A stretch of 64,000 nucleotides of DNA. Source: a virus (Duplodnaviria > Caudoviricetes). A model generated the notes under the pieces. The model had not been told where the DNA came from and searched no databases. It saw nothing but the letters and a program-made list of their open reading frames with translations. The position numbers were made by a program, and so were the translations under genes. Within the stretch, counting starts at the first letter, position 1. Every line of letters begins with the position of its first letter. Location of the stretch: IMG/VR virus record IMGVR_UViG_3300029288_000092, positions 1 through 64,000 of that record; one strand, 5' to 3'. Positions 10,194 through 19,684 of the stretch are shown here, piece by piece.

Positions 10194-10520
10194 TATGATC
10201 TAGGATCATATCAACTTCTTTCCAGTTTAATACTGGATGACAAAGAGTGGGAATGGTTATATAACCACTATAAATAAAAATGACCCGTTGTCAGGTGGCG
10301 TTAGCACTGCGAAGAATAAACTTCGTTATCAAATTCGTATGAGCAAACATACGATACCAAAATATGCACTCGTCCGGTAGGGGGTACGAGTTTAAAAAAG
10401 ACCCCCCAACCTTTTGTCCCGTCTTAGTTGACGGGTTGTTGCTTACCCCGAGCAAGCGTAAAACAACAATGGGATTTCGGGAAAGGGAAGTTCCCTACCA
10501 ACTTCCCTTTCCAACCACAC
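10190..10520 (+). ncRNA. Candidate large structured non-coding RNA (family not identified)
   Basis: GC-richer intergenic region with at least 8 hairpins, a long-range stem (~10239-10251 with ~10405-10418), and complementary loops GGTAGGG (10376-10382) / CCCTACC (10493-10499). Strand inferred from the flanking plus-strand genes. Confidence 0.6.
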
Positions 10521-10540
10521 AAAATATCACAGGAGGGAAA

Positions 10541-10675
10541 ATGAAAGAATTCACACTGGTAAATGTACTAAAAGAAATAAAACAAGAAGCGAAATCAAAA
10601 GCTATAGCATTATTGATTGTGGCAGGAGTTGCCACAGTTATCGAATATTTTTTCGGGGATGAAGAAGAATTTTAA
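10541..10675 (+). CDS. Small single-TM protein (44 aa)
   Basis: Likely true start is ATG 10541 after AGGAGGG: MKEFTLVNVLKEIKQEAKSKAIALLIVAGVATVIEYFFGDEEEF. Followed by a hairpin and T-run at ~10661-10697. Confidence 0.7.
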   Translation: MKEFTLVNVLKEIKQEAKSKAIALLIVAGVATVIEYFFGDEEEF

Positions 10676-10765
10676 ATTCTTCTTCTTTCTTTTTTTGTTT
10701 TAAAATAATACATATATTAATTTAATGAAGTCCAATTTTTTATTTTATTTTTTAGGAGGGTTTTT

Positions 10766-11053
10766 ATGGTAGGAGAAAAGGAAACAATCACAAAAGAAGT
10801 TTTTGACCTGTTGAAAGATCCAAAAACCAACAGACTCAAACTCAGCAAAGTGAGAGAAGCCCTGGTGAATATTGCCAGGGAAGACGTGCTAGAAAGATAC
10901 TACTCTTTCAACAACATCGACATTGACAGAGTGAACGGTGTTGCTGAAGAGATTGCAAAGAAGTATCATGAGATGAATCCGGATATTGACCAGATCGAAG
11001 TTGCAAAGAAGATCGTGGATGACTTTTGCAACAATGAGTTTGGTTTGAGTTAA
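10766..11053 (+). CDS. Hypothetical protein
   Basis: 95 aa; GGAGG RBS; upstream TACATATATT motif; downstream terminator. Confidence 0.75.
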   Translation: MVGEKETITKEVFDLLKDPKTNRLKLSKVREALVNIAREDVLERYYSFNNIDIDRVNGVAEEIAKKYHEMNPDIDQIEVAKKIVDDFCNNEFGLS

Positions 11054-11060
11054 AAAAATA

Positions 11061-11084
11061 TATGGGCTTTAAGCCCATTTTTTT
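11061..11084 (+). terminator. Intrinsic terminator
   Basis: ATGGGCT-TTA-AGCCCAT followed by a T-run. Confidence 0.7.
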
Positions 11085-11110
11085 CTAATTTAAAAACAAG
11101 GAGTTAACAA

Positions 11111-11902
11111 ATGGTTGCTGGAAAAAACAAAATTATAGGAAAGCTTAAGAATTTCAAAAGATATTACACCGCAATGTCAATAGATACCAAAATAAATATA
11201 TTGGATAAAATGTTAGATTTAACAATGAAAAGAATAAATGATCATATGAAAAAACAAAATCATGTTTCAAAGCATATTATTTTCTCTGATGATATAGCAT
11301 CAAAAGTAATATTGAAAAAATTAACATTGATTGATGAAAAAATAATGTGCAATATTTTAGGAAAAGGTATTAATAGTCCGGACATAACAAATCCAATCAT
11401 GTATCTAAAAAAACATTTCAGAAATATATGGGGAACATTTGAATATACAATATCAAATTCAGATATTGAAGAATCAGAAAAGTTTTTAAAAGATTCTAAA
11501 TTTGGCGCATCTGGCAGCATACTATCACAATACTATAATATATTCAAAAAAATAAGTGAAAAAAAATATATTCAACATATAATAATTTGTGATTTTTCAA
11601 AAGAATTATTTGGTGGATGTGATTATCATAAAAACAAAAATGCAGAAGTTTATGAAAATATAATAAAAAATAGCATACCGTCATATATAGAATCAATCGA
11701 TTCAGTTTCAACTTATTTTGGATTAACTGTTTGGTTTCCTTATCTTGGAGTTGACGTATTAAGAGAAATTGAAAATTTCACAATGGATCAATTGTTTCAT
11801 GATGGAGTAGGAGAATATCCTATAAGAAGAATTGCAAAAGATATAAATGTTCCAGGTGAAATTAAAATTGAAGAAAAAGAAGTTATTAACTTGGTGTGTT
11901 AA
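11111..11902 (+). CDS. Hypothetical protein
   Basis: 263 aa ORF with AGGAG RBS; no motif recognised. Confidence 0.7.
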   Translation: MVAGKNKIIGKLKNFKRYYTAMSIDTKINILDKMLDLTMKRINDHMKKQNHVSKHIIFSDDIASKVILKKLTLIDEKIMCNILGKGINSPDITNPIMYLKKHFRNIWGTFEYTISNSDIEESEKFLKDSKFGASGSILSQYYNIFKKISEKKYIQHIIICDFSKELFGGCDYHKNKNAEVYENIIKNSIPSYIESIDSVSTYFGLTVWFPYLGVDVLREIENFTMDQLFHDGVGEYPIRRIAKDINVPGEIKIEEKEVINLVC

Positions 11903-11907
11903 GTTTG

Positions 11908-11942
11908 AAAGACCCAGGGGTTATTTGTCCTGGGTCTTTTTT
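11908..11942. terminator. Bidirectional terminator between convergent genes
   Basis: AAAGACCCAGG...CCTGGGTCTTTTT. Confidence 0.7.
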
Positions 11943-12232
11943 ATGTTTAAACTTTCCAATAGTTTTTTTGCAAAAGAAACAAACATATTTTCTTTAATTA
12001 TTTTTTTTGTCTTGGTTTCATGTGGTGTTTCATATACAGCTATCCCACCACCAGAACTTTCCATTCCAATCATTTTTTTAAATATTCCCATGGTGTATGC
12101 ATAGTAAGAATCTTTCTTTAATTTATTTCTTTTTTTATTTGCTTCTTTTTTTGCACGTTCCCAATATTTTTCTGCTTTTTCTTTAGATATTCCAGCTTTT
12201 TTAGCCATCGATATCAAACTTTGTTTAGGCAT
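11921..12232 (-). CDS. Small basic protein, ChaB-like
   Basis: MP...AKKAG.S..KAEKYWERAK..A....YYAYTMGIFKKMIG pattern resembling ChaB-type phage proteins. Confidence 0.5.
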   Translation of the reverse strand: MPKQSLISMAKKAGISKEKAEKYWERAKKEANKKRNKLKKDSYYAYTMGIFKKMIGMESSGGGIAVYETPHETKTKKIIKENMFVSFAKKLLESLNIKKTQDK

Positions 12233-12698
12233 GCATTACCTCCATTTTATCTTTAATTAACAATTCAGAATCAAATAATCTAGCAGGTGAAACTTTGCAA
12301 GGTGCAAAGCCGGGTGTCATAACTATATCAACTTTCCTCAATGCAGCCTCTACAAGCTCCGAACAAAACCATTTGTTTCGTTCATGTATCCTGCCTATCC
12401 AAATAGTATATCCGAATACTCCCCAGTAATCATAGCCTTTTCCTTCTTGCGTTAAAAGCCACTCCCATACTATCTTCGATTGTTGCTCAGTTATTCCTTT
12501 GATAGGAACCACATATGCTGTGTATGGTGTTGGAAAAGTCATCCATGTAATTTCCCTGACTCCTATGAATGGCATAGCTTCTATTTTTGAGTCTCCGAGC
12601 TTAAGAGCAATATGAGTTATAGGGGAAAATGTTCTACTTTTCACCATCCAATCGTATTTGGTTTGACCTTCATATGCAACTACTTGTAAAAATGGCAT
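12225..12698 (-). CDS. Permuted papain-like amidase (YaeF/YiiX, C92 family)
   Basis: N-terminal THIAL His, IEA..G, GKGYDYWG and C-terminal KWFCSELV catalytic Cys. Confidence 0.85.
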   Translation of the reverse strand: MPFLQVVAYEGQTKYDWMVKSRTFSPITHIALKLGDSKIEAMPFIGVREITWMTFPTPYTAYVVPIKGITEQQSKIVWEWLLTQEGKGYDYWGVFGYTIWIGRIHERNKWFCSELVEAALRKVDIVMTPGFAPCKVSPARLFDSELLIKDKMEVMHA

Positions 12699-12702
12699 GG
12701 TG

Positions 12703-15700
12703 TTATCCTTCTAGAGCAGAAAGTCTCTGCTCAAGACAACTAATGCATGCCATCATTTCTTTTATCTTGGCGATATTAAGGACTGACAGCATCTGATAGG
12801 ATACCGTCTCTGCTTGACATTGGTCATCACAAACGACAAACTGTGGATAGTAGCAATTTAATTCTTCGGCGATTAAACCTACTGACTGCTGTTCAGAAAT
12901 ACAGTCGTTAACACAGCCATAATAGGATCGCGGGTTAATACAAGAATAGTTACTTAGATCTAAATTTGCATCTTCTATACATGTTTTATACCGACAGGAT
13001 GATGTAAATCGTTTTAAAGCTCCTCCAGAATACCAATGCACTGGTGTCCCAGATGTGGTAGGTTCAACTCCCATGAAAGGAACACAAAAACTTCCGTCAC
13101 TCTTAACCGCCATAGTATTACACCCGTTGGTGTTATATAATGCAAGTGTACTCGTTGCTGAGTCTATTGACCCAGCTTTAACGTATAGCCCGTACCCACT
13201 AGTATTTGAATTACACATAATTGCCATGTATGCAGCAATATTTTCCAAAACCTCGAATTTATAGGCAGGAGCAGTAGTCCCAATGCCTACACATCCCTTT
13301 CGCACAGTCATGGTAGTATCCATTGCTCCGCAACATAATGAAAGGATTCGAACAGCGCCGTGCTCTGCTCCGGCGGTATTATTCATTATACATGCAGAAA
13401 TCTGCCCATATGTTTGGTCAACAGAACCAGAATCCCTCATAATAAAGTCAATACACTGTGCACTTCCGGCAGAAGTACATTGATTATACATTGCCATACT
13501 GGTTCCGTAGACAGTTAAAGAACCGTATGAACAAGTAGTGCCAACACTAGTATTTCCAGAAGAATTGACAGCGAGGTCCACTGTGGATTCATTCCTAGAA
13601 AATGCAAACTGACTACCGGCTAGATTCATAGGGATATAAGCGCTTGTGAATCTATCATAACTAATAATTGGATATATGCTGGCTGGACTAATCTCAATTC
13701 CCGCATTTCCACCATTTGAGACAACAAACTGTCTAGATGGATTGGTTATGCCAACACCTACTTTTCCATCTTGTAACATTACCATCTGCTGACAAGCAAC
13801 ACTTGTGTTTCCTATAAAATGGAATACTTTATCATCAGCATTAGCATCAGATGTAACTTTAAGAGCAGTCGCTGCAGATCCTACTATTCCACACACGTCA
13901 AGTGTGGCGGCTGGAGACGAGGTGTTAACGCCAACATTTCCACCTTGGCTCACGGTAAGTCTTCTAACCCATCCACCAGTAGCTGTTGACATATGAAGGT
14001 CATGATTAGTAGCATCGACAAACACAGAAGTCCAGGCACTTGCACCATCTCGTAAAAGTATGTGTCCATAATTCACAGAGGGTGCATCGTTTATGTCCAG
14101 TTTTGCAGCAGGAGTTGCCGTCCCGATGCCCACTTTACCAACAGAATCTACTGACATAAATGTTGACCAAGCTGTGCTATTTGTGAATTTGGCTACATTC
14201 CCGCTGGAATACCAACCCCATATAAGTTTTGTTTCTGAATCTCTGTCTTCAAAATAATTTCCCCCGGTCACACCAGAAGATAAGGATGCTCCAATTGTTT
14301 CCAGTATATAACCAGTTCTTGGGGTGGATGTGCCGATTCCAACTTTTCCTATATTATCCACGTATAAATCTGGTGGTCCTTGCGCGCCAAAAACAGCTGC
14401 TCCCGTGGTAATCCCAACACCATCATAGCCGCTCAACAATAATACATTTCCGCCAGTGGTTCCTGTAGATGTCCCTCTCCACGCACCGACATAGGAAGAT
14501 GCTGTCCCCGCGTCTCCAAACGCTATACCACCTGTTGCGGTTGCTTTAATTGCACCATTGACTTCCAAATTTACTCCGGGAGTTGATGTGCCGATGCCGA
14601 CATTGCCATAGTTTGTGAAGTGCATCCTGGTCTGTAGGACTCCATCATTATCAGTTACTCTGATTTGGAACGGATAATTGGCACTACCGGCTCGATATGA
14701 TTTCAAGGCAGCAGTCGTGTAGGTGTTAGCTGTGTCAAAAAGATTATATGCCAACTGTACACCAGTATCATCCGTGGACCCACCAACATTAGTTAAAAGT
14801 AGCGGTGTTGTCGTAGACCCTGCTGATGTATCAACCACCTCAAGTTTCTTTGTAGGGTTTTCCGTCCCGATGCCGACATTGCCATCTGAATCAATCCTTA
14901 CTCTTTCAGCCATAGCCCCTGCACCGTGTGTTCTTGTTGCTAATGCAATCGCTGTTCCATATTCTCCATCTACTGCGTTCTCTTTCAAGAAAGAAATTCC
15001 TGAACCTGTTGTGTATGATCCACCGCTTGTATAGATAAACTTCTGGACAATACCTGATGCAGGATTCGCATTATAAGCATCGGTTGATGTTATGTAAATT
15101 TGTGTTGCTTGCGTAGTTCCCAATATGTCTGCTGCGCCGACAATTTCTAAATTATTTGTGGGCGAATCCGTCCCGATGCCGACATTGCCGCCATTAGGAT
15201 TGATGGCTAGCGTCCTTCCTGATACATTTGCTATTCCGGCCTCGGCTCTAGTCTGCGTCTGCAGTACAATGCCCCCAGCGCCAGTGTTGTGCTCGCTGAT
15301 TTTCAGCTGCTGTGCTGCTGCGATAATTTCGATGGTTGCCAAATGCACATTCCCGGCATCGACATGCAGCGTCCCTTCTGGCGCAGCCGTCCCAATGCCA
15401 ACATTTCCACCCAAAGGCTGGACTATCAAGTCTGCTGTGCCTGAAATTGTTGAGTTAATGCCTTGTATTGTTGGTTTCCCCGTTGTGCCTGACCCGAGTG
15501 ATACATATTCGTTTGACCCGCTTCTAGCCATCACAGCGTAATTTCCAGCTGCCGGAGCAGTAGAACGCAGACCATCACCAACCACGTCTAGAGAATATAC
15601 TGGGGATGATGTTCCAATGCCAACAAAACCGTCGTTATGTAAAACTAGCTGATTTGCATTCGCAGCTGTAGCCGAATAAGTAGACAAAACTAGATTGGTT

Positions 15701-16686
15701 GGAACATAGGTTCCAGTCACACCATCCTGGACCGCGATTATTTCTGCACCATATTGTTCTGCAGGAGTAGCAGTAGCTCCCAAGAATTGGATGTTTCCTA
15801 AAGCTGTTCCATCAGTTGTTTGTGCAAGTGTGCCTATAGTGTTAGATAACGACTTGGACATCATCAAGACAGGAAACTTTGTAGCTGTCGATGTTGAGTA
15901 TCCTCTTATGCCTGCAATTGCCCAGTCGTTACTTTTCGTGATTGTTAAGTTATCTCCGGGGGCTGTCGTCCCTATACCGACATTACCAGAACCAAGCATA
16001 GTAGCAACAACAGAGTTGGCTATAGTTTGTCCAGCTTTGCGTACTCTGAAAGTCATACTTCCAGTTTCAGAACCATCGGTTGTTACTGTTTGATTAGAAT
16101 AGATAGTTCCATATACTTCTTCATTATTCGAAGCGTCTCTTCCAATGAATTCTACTCTTCCAACCTCGCTGGCAGAAGTAGAATTTGATGATAAATTTAA
16201 AATACCTCGTTTATAAGCTACATTGCCGCCCCTGATATCAAGAGTGGCATTATCATTAGTTGAACTAATAAGCCCACTAGAAACCACATGTAAAACAGTT
16301 TCCGGAGCAGAGGTGCCAATACCAACTGAGCAACTGGTACAAATATATCCGCCAGAAATGCCCCACACACTGTTAGGATTAGTTACAGGAACCCAGTTAG
16401 TTCCGTTATAAGAAAGAATACAACCAGAAACTTGACCAGTTGTATCTACATTACCAAGATCATCAAGAACAGATCCAGTTTTGCTAACATCTACCCAAGC
16501 GTGATTATGAGATGCAGCTGCAAAATCAGTTGGATCACACCCACACAATGAATCAGCATCCACATCTGATAAATTAATAATATTTGTCCCATCAGTTATA
16601 CAACTAGAAGGAATAAATAAAATATCAGTATCTATAATTCCAGCAGGTTTACCATCGTTTAAAACTAATGGTTTTTTATTAGCCAT
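12703..16686 (-). CDS. Long fibre protein with GNVGIGT repeats and C-terminal intramolecular chaperone (peptidase S74)
   Basis: About 13 G(N/K)VGIGT-type repeats; C-terminal TSSCRYKTCI...GLIAEE...VSY..L...LEQRL S74 signature; Cys-rich termini. Confidence 0.85.
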   Translation of the reverse strand: MANKKPLVLNDGKPAGIIDTDILFIPSSCITDGTNIINLSDVDADSLCGCDPTDFAAASHNHAWVDVSKTGSVLDDLGNVDTTGQVSGCILSYNGTNWVPVTNPNSVWGISGGYICTSCSVGIGTSAPETVLHVVSSGLISSTNDNATLDIRGGNVAYKRGILNLSSNSTSASEVGRVEFIGRDASNNEEVYGTIYSNQTVTTDGSETGSMTFRVRKAGQTIANSVVATMLGSGNVGIGTTAPGDNLTITKSNDWAIAGIRGYSTSTATKFPVLMMSKSLSNTIGTLAQTTDGTALGNIQFLGATATPAEQYGAEIIAVQDGVTGTYVPTNLVLSTYSATAANANQLVLHNDGFVGIGTSSPVYSLDVVGDGLRSTAPAAGNYAVMARSGSNEYVSLGSGTTGKPTIQGINSTISGTADLIVQPLGGNVGIGTAAPEGTLHVDAGNVHLATIEIIAAAQQLKISEHNTGAGGIVLQTQTRAEAGIANVSGRTLAINPNGGNVGIGTDSPTNNLEIVGAADILGTTQATQIYITSTDAYNANPASGIVQKFIYTSGGSYTTGSGISFLKENAVDGEYGTAIALATRTHGAGAMAERVRIDSDGNVGIGTENPTKKLEVVDTSAGSTTTPLLLTNVGGSTDDTGVQLAYNLFDTANTYTTAALKSYRAGSANYPFQIRVTDNDGVLQTRMHFTNYGNVGIGTSTPGVNLEVNGAIKATATGGIAFGDAGTASSYVGAWRGTSTGTTGGNVLLLSGYDGVGITTGAAVFGAQGPPDLYVDNIGKVGIGTSTPRTGYILETIGASLSSGVTGGNYFEDRDSETKLIWGWYSSGNVAKFTNSTAWSTFMSVDSVGKVGIGTATPAAKLDINDAPSVNYGHILLRDGASAWTSVFVDATNHDLHMSTATGGWVRRLTVSQGGNVGVNTSSPAATLDVCGIVGSAATALKVTSDANADDKVFHFIGNTSVACQQMVMLQDGKVGVGITNPSRQFVVSNGGNAGIEISPASIYPIISYDRFTSAYIPMNLAGSQFAFSRNESTVDLAVNSSGNTSVGTTCSYGSLTVYGTSMAMYNQCTSAGSAQCIDFIMRDSGSVDQTYGQISACIMNNTAGAEHGAVRILSLCCGAMDTTMTVRKGCVGIGTTAPAYKFEVLENIAAYMAIMCNSNTSGYGLYVKAGSIDSATSTLALYNTNGCNTMAVKSDGSFCVPFMGVEPTTSGTPVHWYSGGALKRFTSSCRYKTCIEDANLDLSNYSCINPRSYYGCVNDCISEQQSVGLIAEELNCYYPQFVVCDDQCQAETVSYQMLSVLNIAKIKEMMACISCLEQRLSALEG

Positions 16687-16689
16687 TTA

Positions 16690-17145
16690 TCATTCCCCCT
16701 TTGATTTTCCTTCTGCTTTTGCTTCATCTTCCATTTTCTTTAATCTGGTATAATAATCCCGGATGCCTTCAGTAGGACTCAAATGGTCTCTAGATATCTT
16801 CATGGCCAGCAATGGATTATCAGTATGTTCCATTTCAACTTTAATTCCCATCAATAATTCTTTCATATCAACATCTGATGTTTTTAAATTATCTTTATTT
16901 GAATATCCTTCTTTTAATAAAAAATTAACAAACATAGTTGCTAAAGAATAAACTGTCTTTTCAAATTCTTTAACATCAATATTATTTTTTTCACAATAAT
17001 TATGCAACACATTATCATCTGGATATTGGTTTAATAATAAAAATTTTATTGCTTGTTTTTGAATATCTGTGAATTTAAAATATTTATCTTCGGATTTATT
17101 TTCACTTTCTAATAATAAATTATGAGCTAAATTTCTCAAATCCAT
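16690..17145 (-). CDS. Conserved phage protein, DUF5661-like
   Basis: ELLMGIKVEMEHT...IS.DHL....DYYTRLKKME motif. Confidence 0.7.
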   Translation of the reverse strand: MDLRNLAHNLLLESENKSEDKYFKFTDIQKQAIKFLLLNQYPDDNVLHNYCEKNNIDVKEFEKTVYSLATMFVNFLLKEGYSNKDNLKTSDVDMKELLMGIKVEMEHTDNPLLAMKISRDHLSPTEGIRDYYTRLKKMEDEAKAEGKSKGE

Positions 17146-17189
17146 AATTGTTCACTCCATGAATTCATTTATTTTTGTTCACCAATACA

Positions 17190-17474
17190 TCAGGAATCTA
17201 ATCCATAAGGATATATAAATTTTGTAGATCCAGTTGGAGCATTTCCAGTTGTGAAAGTGACTTTTGTATAGTTTCCTAATATTGAGAGAGTATAATTTGT
17301 ATTAGGTATTTCTATATTATTATTTATTATTTTAATTAAATTATTTAAAACTAATTGTGTCATGGTGAATTCTAATTGTTCACCATCACCTACAAATTCA
17401 TCTAATTTAATATCAATTAAAGTATCTAAATTAACAATTTCTTTTTTACCATTATTTAAAATAACTATTTGCAT
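17190..17474 (-). CDS. Small putative structural protein
   Basis: FVGDG..LEF...NYTL...VTF...AP..G pattern seen in virion beta-sandwich modules; AGGAG RBS. Confidence 0.5.
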   Translation of the reverse strand: MQIVILNNGKKEIVNLDTLIDIKLDEFVGDGEQLEFTMTQLVLNNLIKIINNNIEIPNTNYTLSILGNYTKVTFTTGNAPTGSTKFIYPYGLDS

Positions 17475-17510
17475 TTCTAACTCCTTTTGTTTGATTTTTT
17501 AGGACTTTTA

Positions 17511-17582
17511 ATCTACATATATAATATCTTGGCATCTGAAAATGGATGCCAAAAATTTTAAATTAATTGAGGAGGGAATATG
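17511..17582 (+). promoter_or_regulatory. Expression cassette copy 1 (TACATATAT motif + GGCATC/GATGCC hairpin + RBS)
   Basis: Near-identical over ~72 bp to 56169-56241. Confidence 0.8.
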
Positions 17583-17807
17583 AAAAAATGGAAAAATATT
17601 TTAATTTTTCTAGTGTGGATGTGGTTTCTCTATTATGTGTGTGCTGGAACCGTGACAGTTCCAGTAAATTGGAAAATAGATACAATTGAAACAATAAATA
17701 ATAAAATATTTATTGAATCATGGAAGGCAATAGCAATAAGGTGCTTTATTGTTATTGTTATTGCAATAACAATAAATTCAATTTATAAAAGACTCAGCAA
17801 CCACTGA
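17580..17807 (+). CDS. Small two-TM membrane protein (moron-like)
   Basis: 75 aa; GAGGAGG RBS; own promoter cassette and terminator AGACTCAG..CTGAGTCT-T7 at ~17790-17818. Confidence 0.75.
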   Translation: MKKWKNILIFLVWMWFLYYVCAGTVTVPVNWKIDTIETINNKIFIESWKAIAIRCFIVIVIAITINSIYKRLSNH

Positions 17808-17815
17808 GTCTTTTT

Positions 17816-19684
17816 TTATGGCAATCTAAATGATCTAGTATATCCCGTTAATAAATAATTAGACCATACATAATCCCCAGATTTAGAGATAGCTTTTATA
17901 CGAAGATCATTTGTATCGAGAGGGTTGAACCCACCTGGAATGATTGGGGATGCATCAAATATAATTGGAATATTTGGTGATGATGTAGTTTTAATGAGAG
18001 ATTCTCGATAATATAATTCATATATATCAACCTTATCATCAAAATTACATTTTATTTTAGATTTGTGTGTCGAGACCGCCGTATCATATTTATAAGATAA
18101 ATTAAATCGAGATGTAATAGTGCCTTCTTCTTTACTACTCGTGCTAATCCTAACAGGATCTGGAATTATTGCCATTATTAAATTATGTAAATCAGAATAT
18201 TGCCCAGCCCCACCTTCATTTGCTGCTCTTATTTTTAAAAGCCAATCCCCTATTATGGAACCATAATTCATATTATATTTATTATCTCGTGTTTGATGCG
18301 TTATCATGGTTATATTATGATTATCTGTCAATAAAATTTCGTAATATGTTGAATTTTCAACAGCATCCCATGTTATTTCAAATTTCTGATCAACCACATT
18401 TCTAAATATTTCCACATTTTCAACTTTAGCTGGCAAAGTTCTAAGAAAAACAGGAGCACTTCTTGGGGATTCTGTTCCATCTTCATATATAACACTGCAA
18501 CTTGATATATATGATTGTCCAGGTATTAAATTTTCCACATGATATATAAAAGAACTCCAATCATTTGAGGTTATGTTTATTGGTAATTCATTATCCAAAT
18601 AAAACATAATATAAGATATATCTCCAGCAGTAATAATTGAATCAAATAATATCCACACACTGGATTCATCAGCACCAATTACTTTAAAAAATGGAGTAGA
18701 TGAATATGTAACAATATAAATTTTAACACGTTTGCTAACTTCTCCTCCACCTTTAAATTCAAATTCAAATAAATATGGAGTATTTGGTTCCAGTCCCAAT
18801 ATTTGGGTTTCTAATAAATTAGGATCTTCCATTTTTATTAATTCGGAATTTATATAAATGTTTAAAAATTCGGTATCTAAACAAAGTGAAGGTTTCCATT
18901 TTATTAATGCACTAACAGATAGTGGTATTACTTCTACTTGTGGAGTATCTAATAAAAATTCAAGGTTAGCTTCAGATTCGTCACTATCGTCATCGCCCTC
19001 TTTATATTCTTTAATTTTATTTTTTTTCTTGTCATCATTATTTTTAAGATCCTCGACATCCACAAAAATAGTATTTCCAGTATTAGAACTTGCAACCCAA
19101 TTATTATTCAAATAATAGTCATAATTTTCGTATAAATCTCCCCACGGTCTTGGTATTATTTCATATATCAAATTGTCGTTGAAAGTAACATCAATTGGTT
19201 CGCCGGGTCCACTTACATGGAGTGTCTGCAAATCTCCTGTCCAAAAATAATAGGAATAATTTCCAGGCAATAAGTAGTATCCACTCCATGTCGCAACACC
19301 ATATTCACTACTACTTAACCCAAATACTGTCCAATTTCCAAATATGTTGATAGTTAAAGAACCAACTTGATTTGGTGGGAGTCCCGATTTAGTTATAGTA
19401 ACTGATTCGTGTCCCCATATAAAACTTCCTTCTGAAACAGGAACAGTACTTATACAATCTCCCCAATCTATGGTTTTTAAAAGCCTAGTTGCCCATACTC
19501 CATCAATTAATTCTTGTTTCCATATTTGGGGAGCAGTCAATTTTACAATATAATCTGTATCGCTCAATTTAATCCAATTTTTGTAATCTGGATGTAATCG
19601 ATCATACTCATAAACTCTAATTTTTCCATATACGGCCATTTTATTCCACCTATATAAAATTATTGGTATATTCATTAGGGACAA
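17816..19684 (-). CDS. Fibronectin type III domain virion protein
   Basis: FN3 signatures (GLEPNTPY, NLIPGQSY, WDAVENSTYY, IRAANEGGAGQYS). Probable start is the internal MAVYG ATG (~19639) after AGGTGG. Confidence 0.75.
   Translation of the reverse strand: MSLMNIPIILYRWNKMAVYGKIRVYEYDRLHPDYKNWIKLSDTDYIVKLTAPQIWKQELIDGVWATRLLKTIDWGDCISTVPVSEGSFIWGHESVTITKSGLPPNQVGSLTINIFGNWTVFGLSSSEYGVATWSGYYLLPGNYSYYFWTGDLQTLHVSGPGEPIDVTFNDNLIYEIIPRPWGDLYENYDYYLNNNWVASSNTGNTIFVDVEDLKNNDDKKKNKIKEYKEGDDDSDESEANLEFLLDTPQVEVIPLSVSALIKWKPSLCLDTEFLNIYINSELIKMEDPNLLETQILGLEPNTPYLFEFEFKGGGEVSKRVKIYIVTYSSTPFFKVIGADESSVWILFDSIITAGDISYIMFYLDNELPINITSNDWSSFIYHVENLIPGQSYISSCSVIYEDGTESPRSAPVFLRTLPAKVENVEIFRNVVDQKFEITWDAVENSTYYEILLTDNHNITMITHQTRDNKYNMNYGSIIGDWLLKIRAANEGGAGQYSDLHNLIMAIIPDPVRISTSSKEEGTITSRFNLSYKYDTAVSTHKSKIKCNFDDKVDIYELYYRESLIKTTSSPNIPIIFDASPIIPGGFNPLDTNDLRIKAISKSGDYVWSNYLLTGYTRSFRLP

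Noticed and set aside
10364-10540. N-terminal 59 codons of the 10364..10675 ORF
   Set aside because: No RBS and it overlaps the structured region; the RBS-supported start is ATG 10541.
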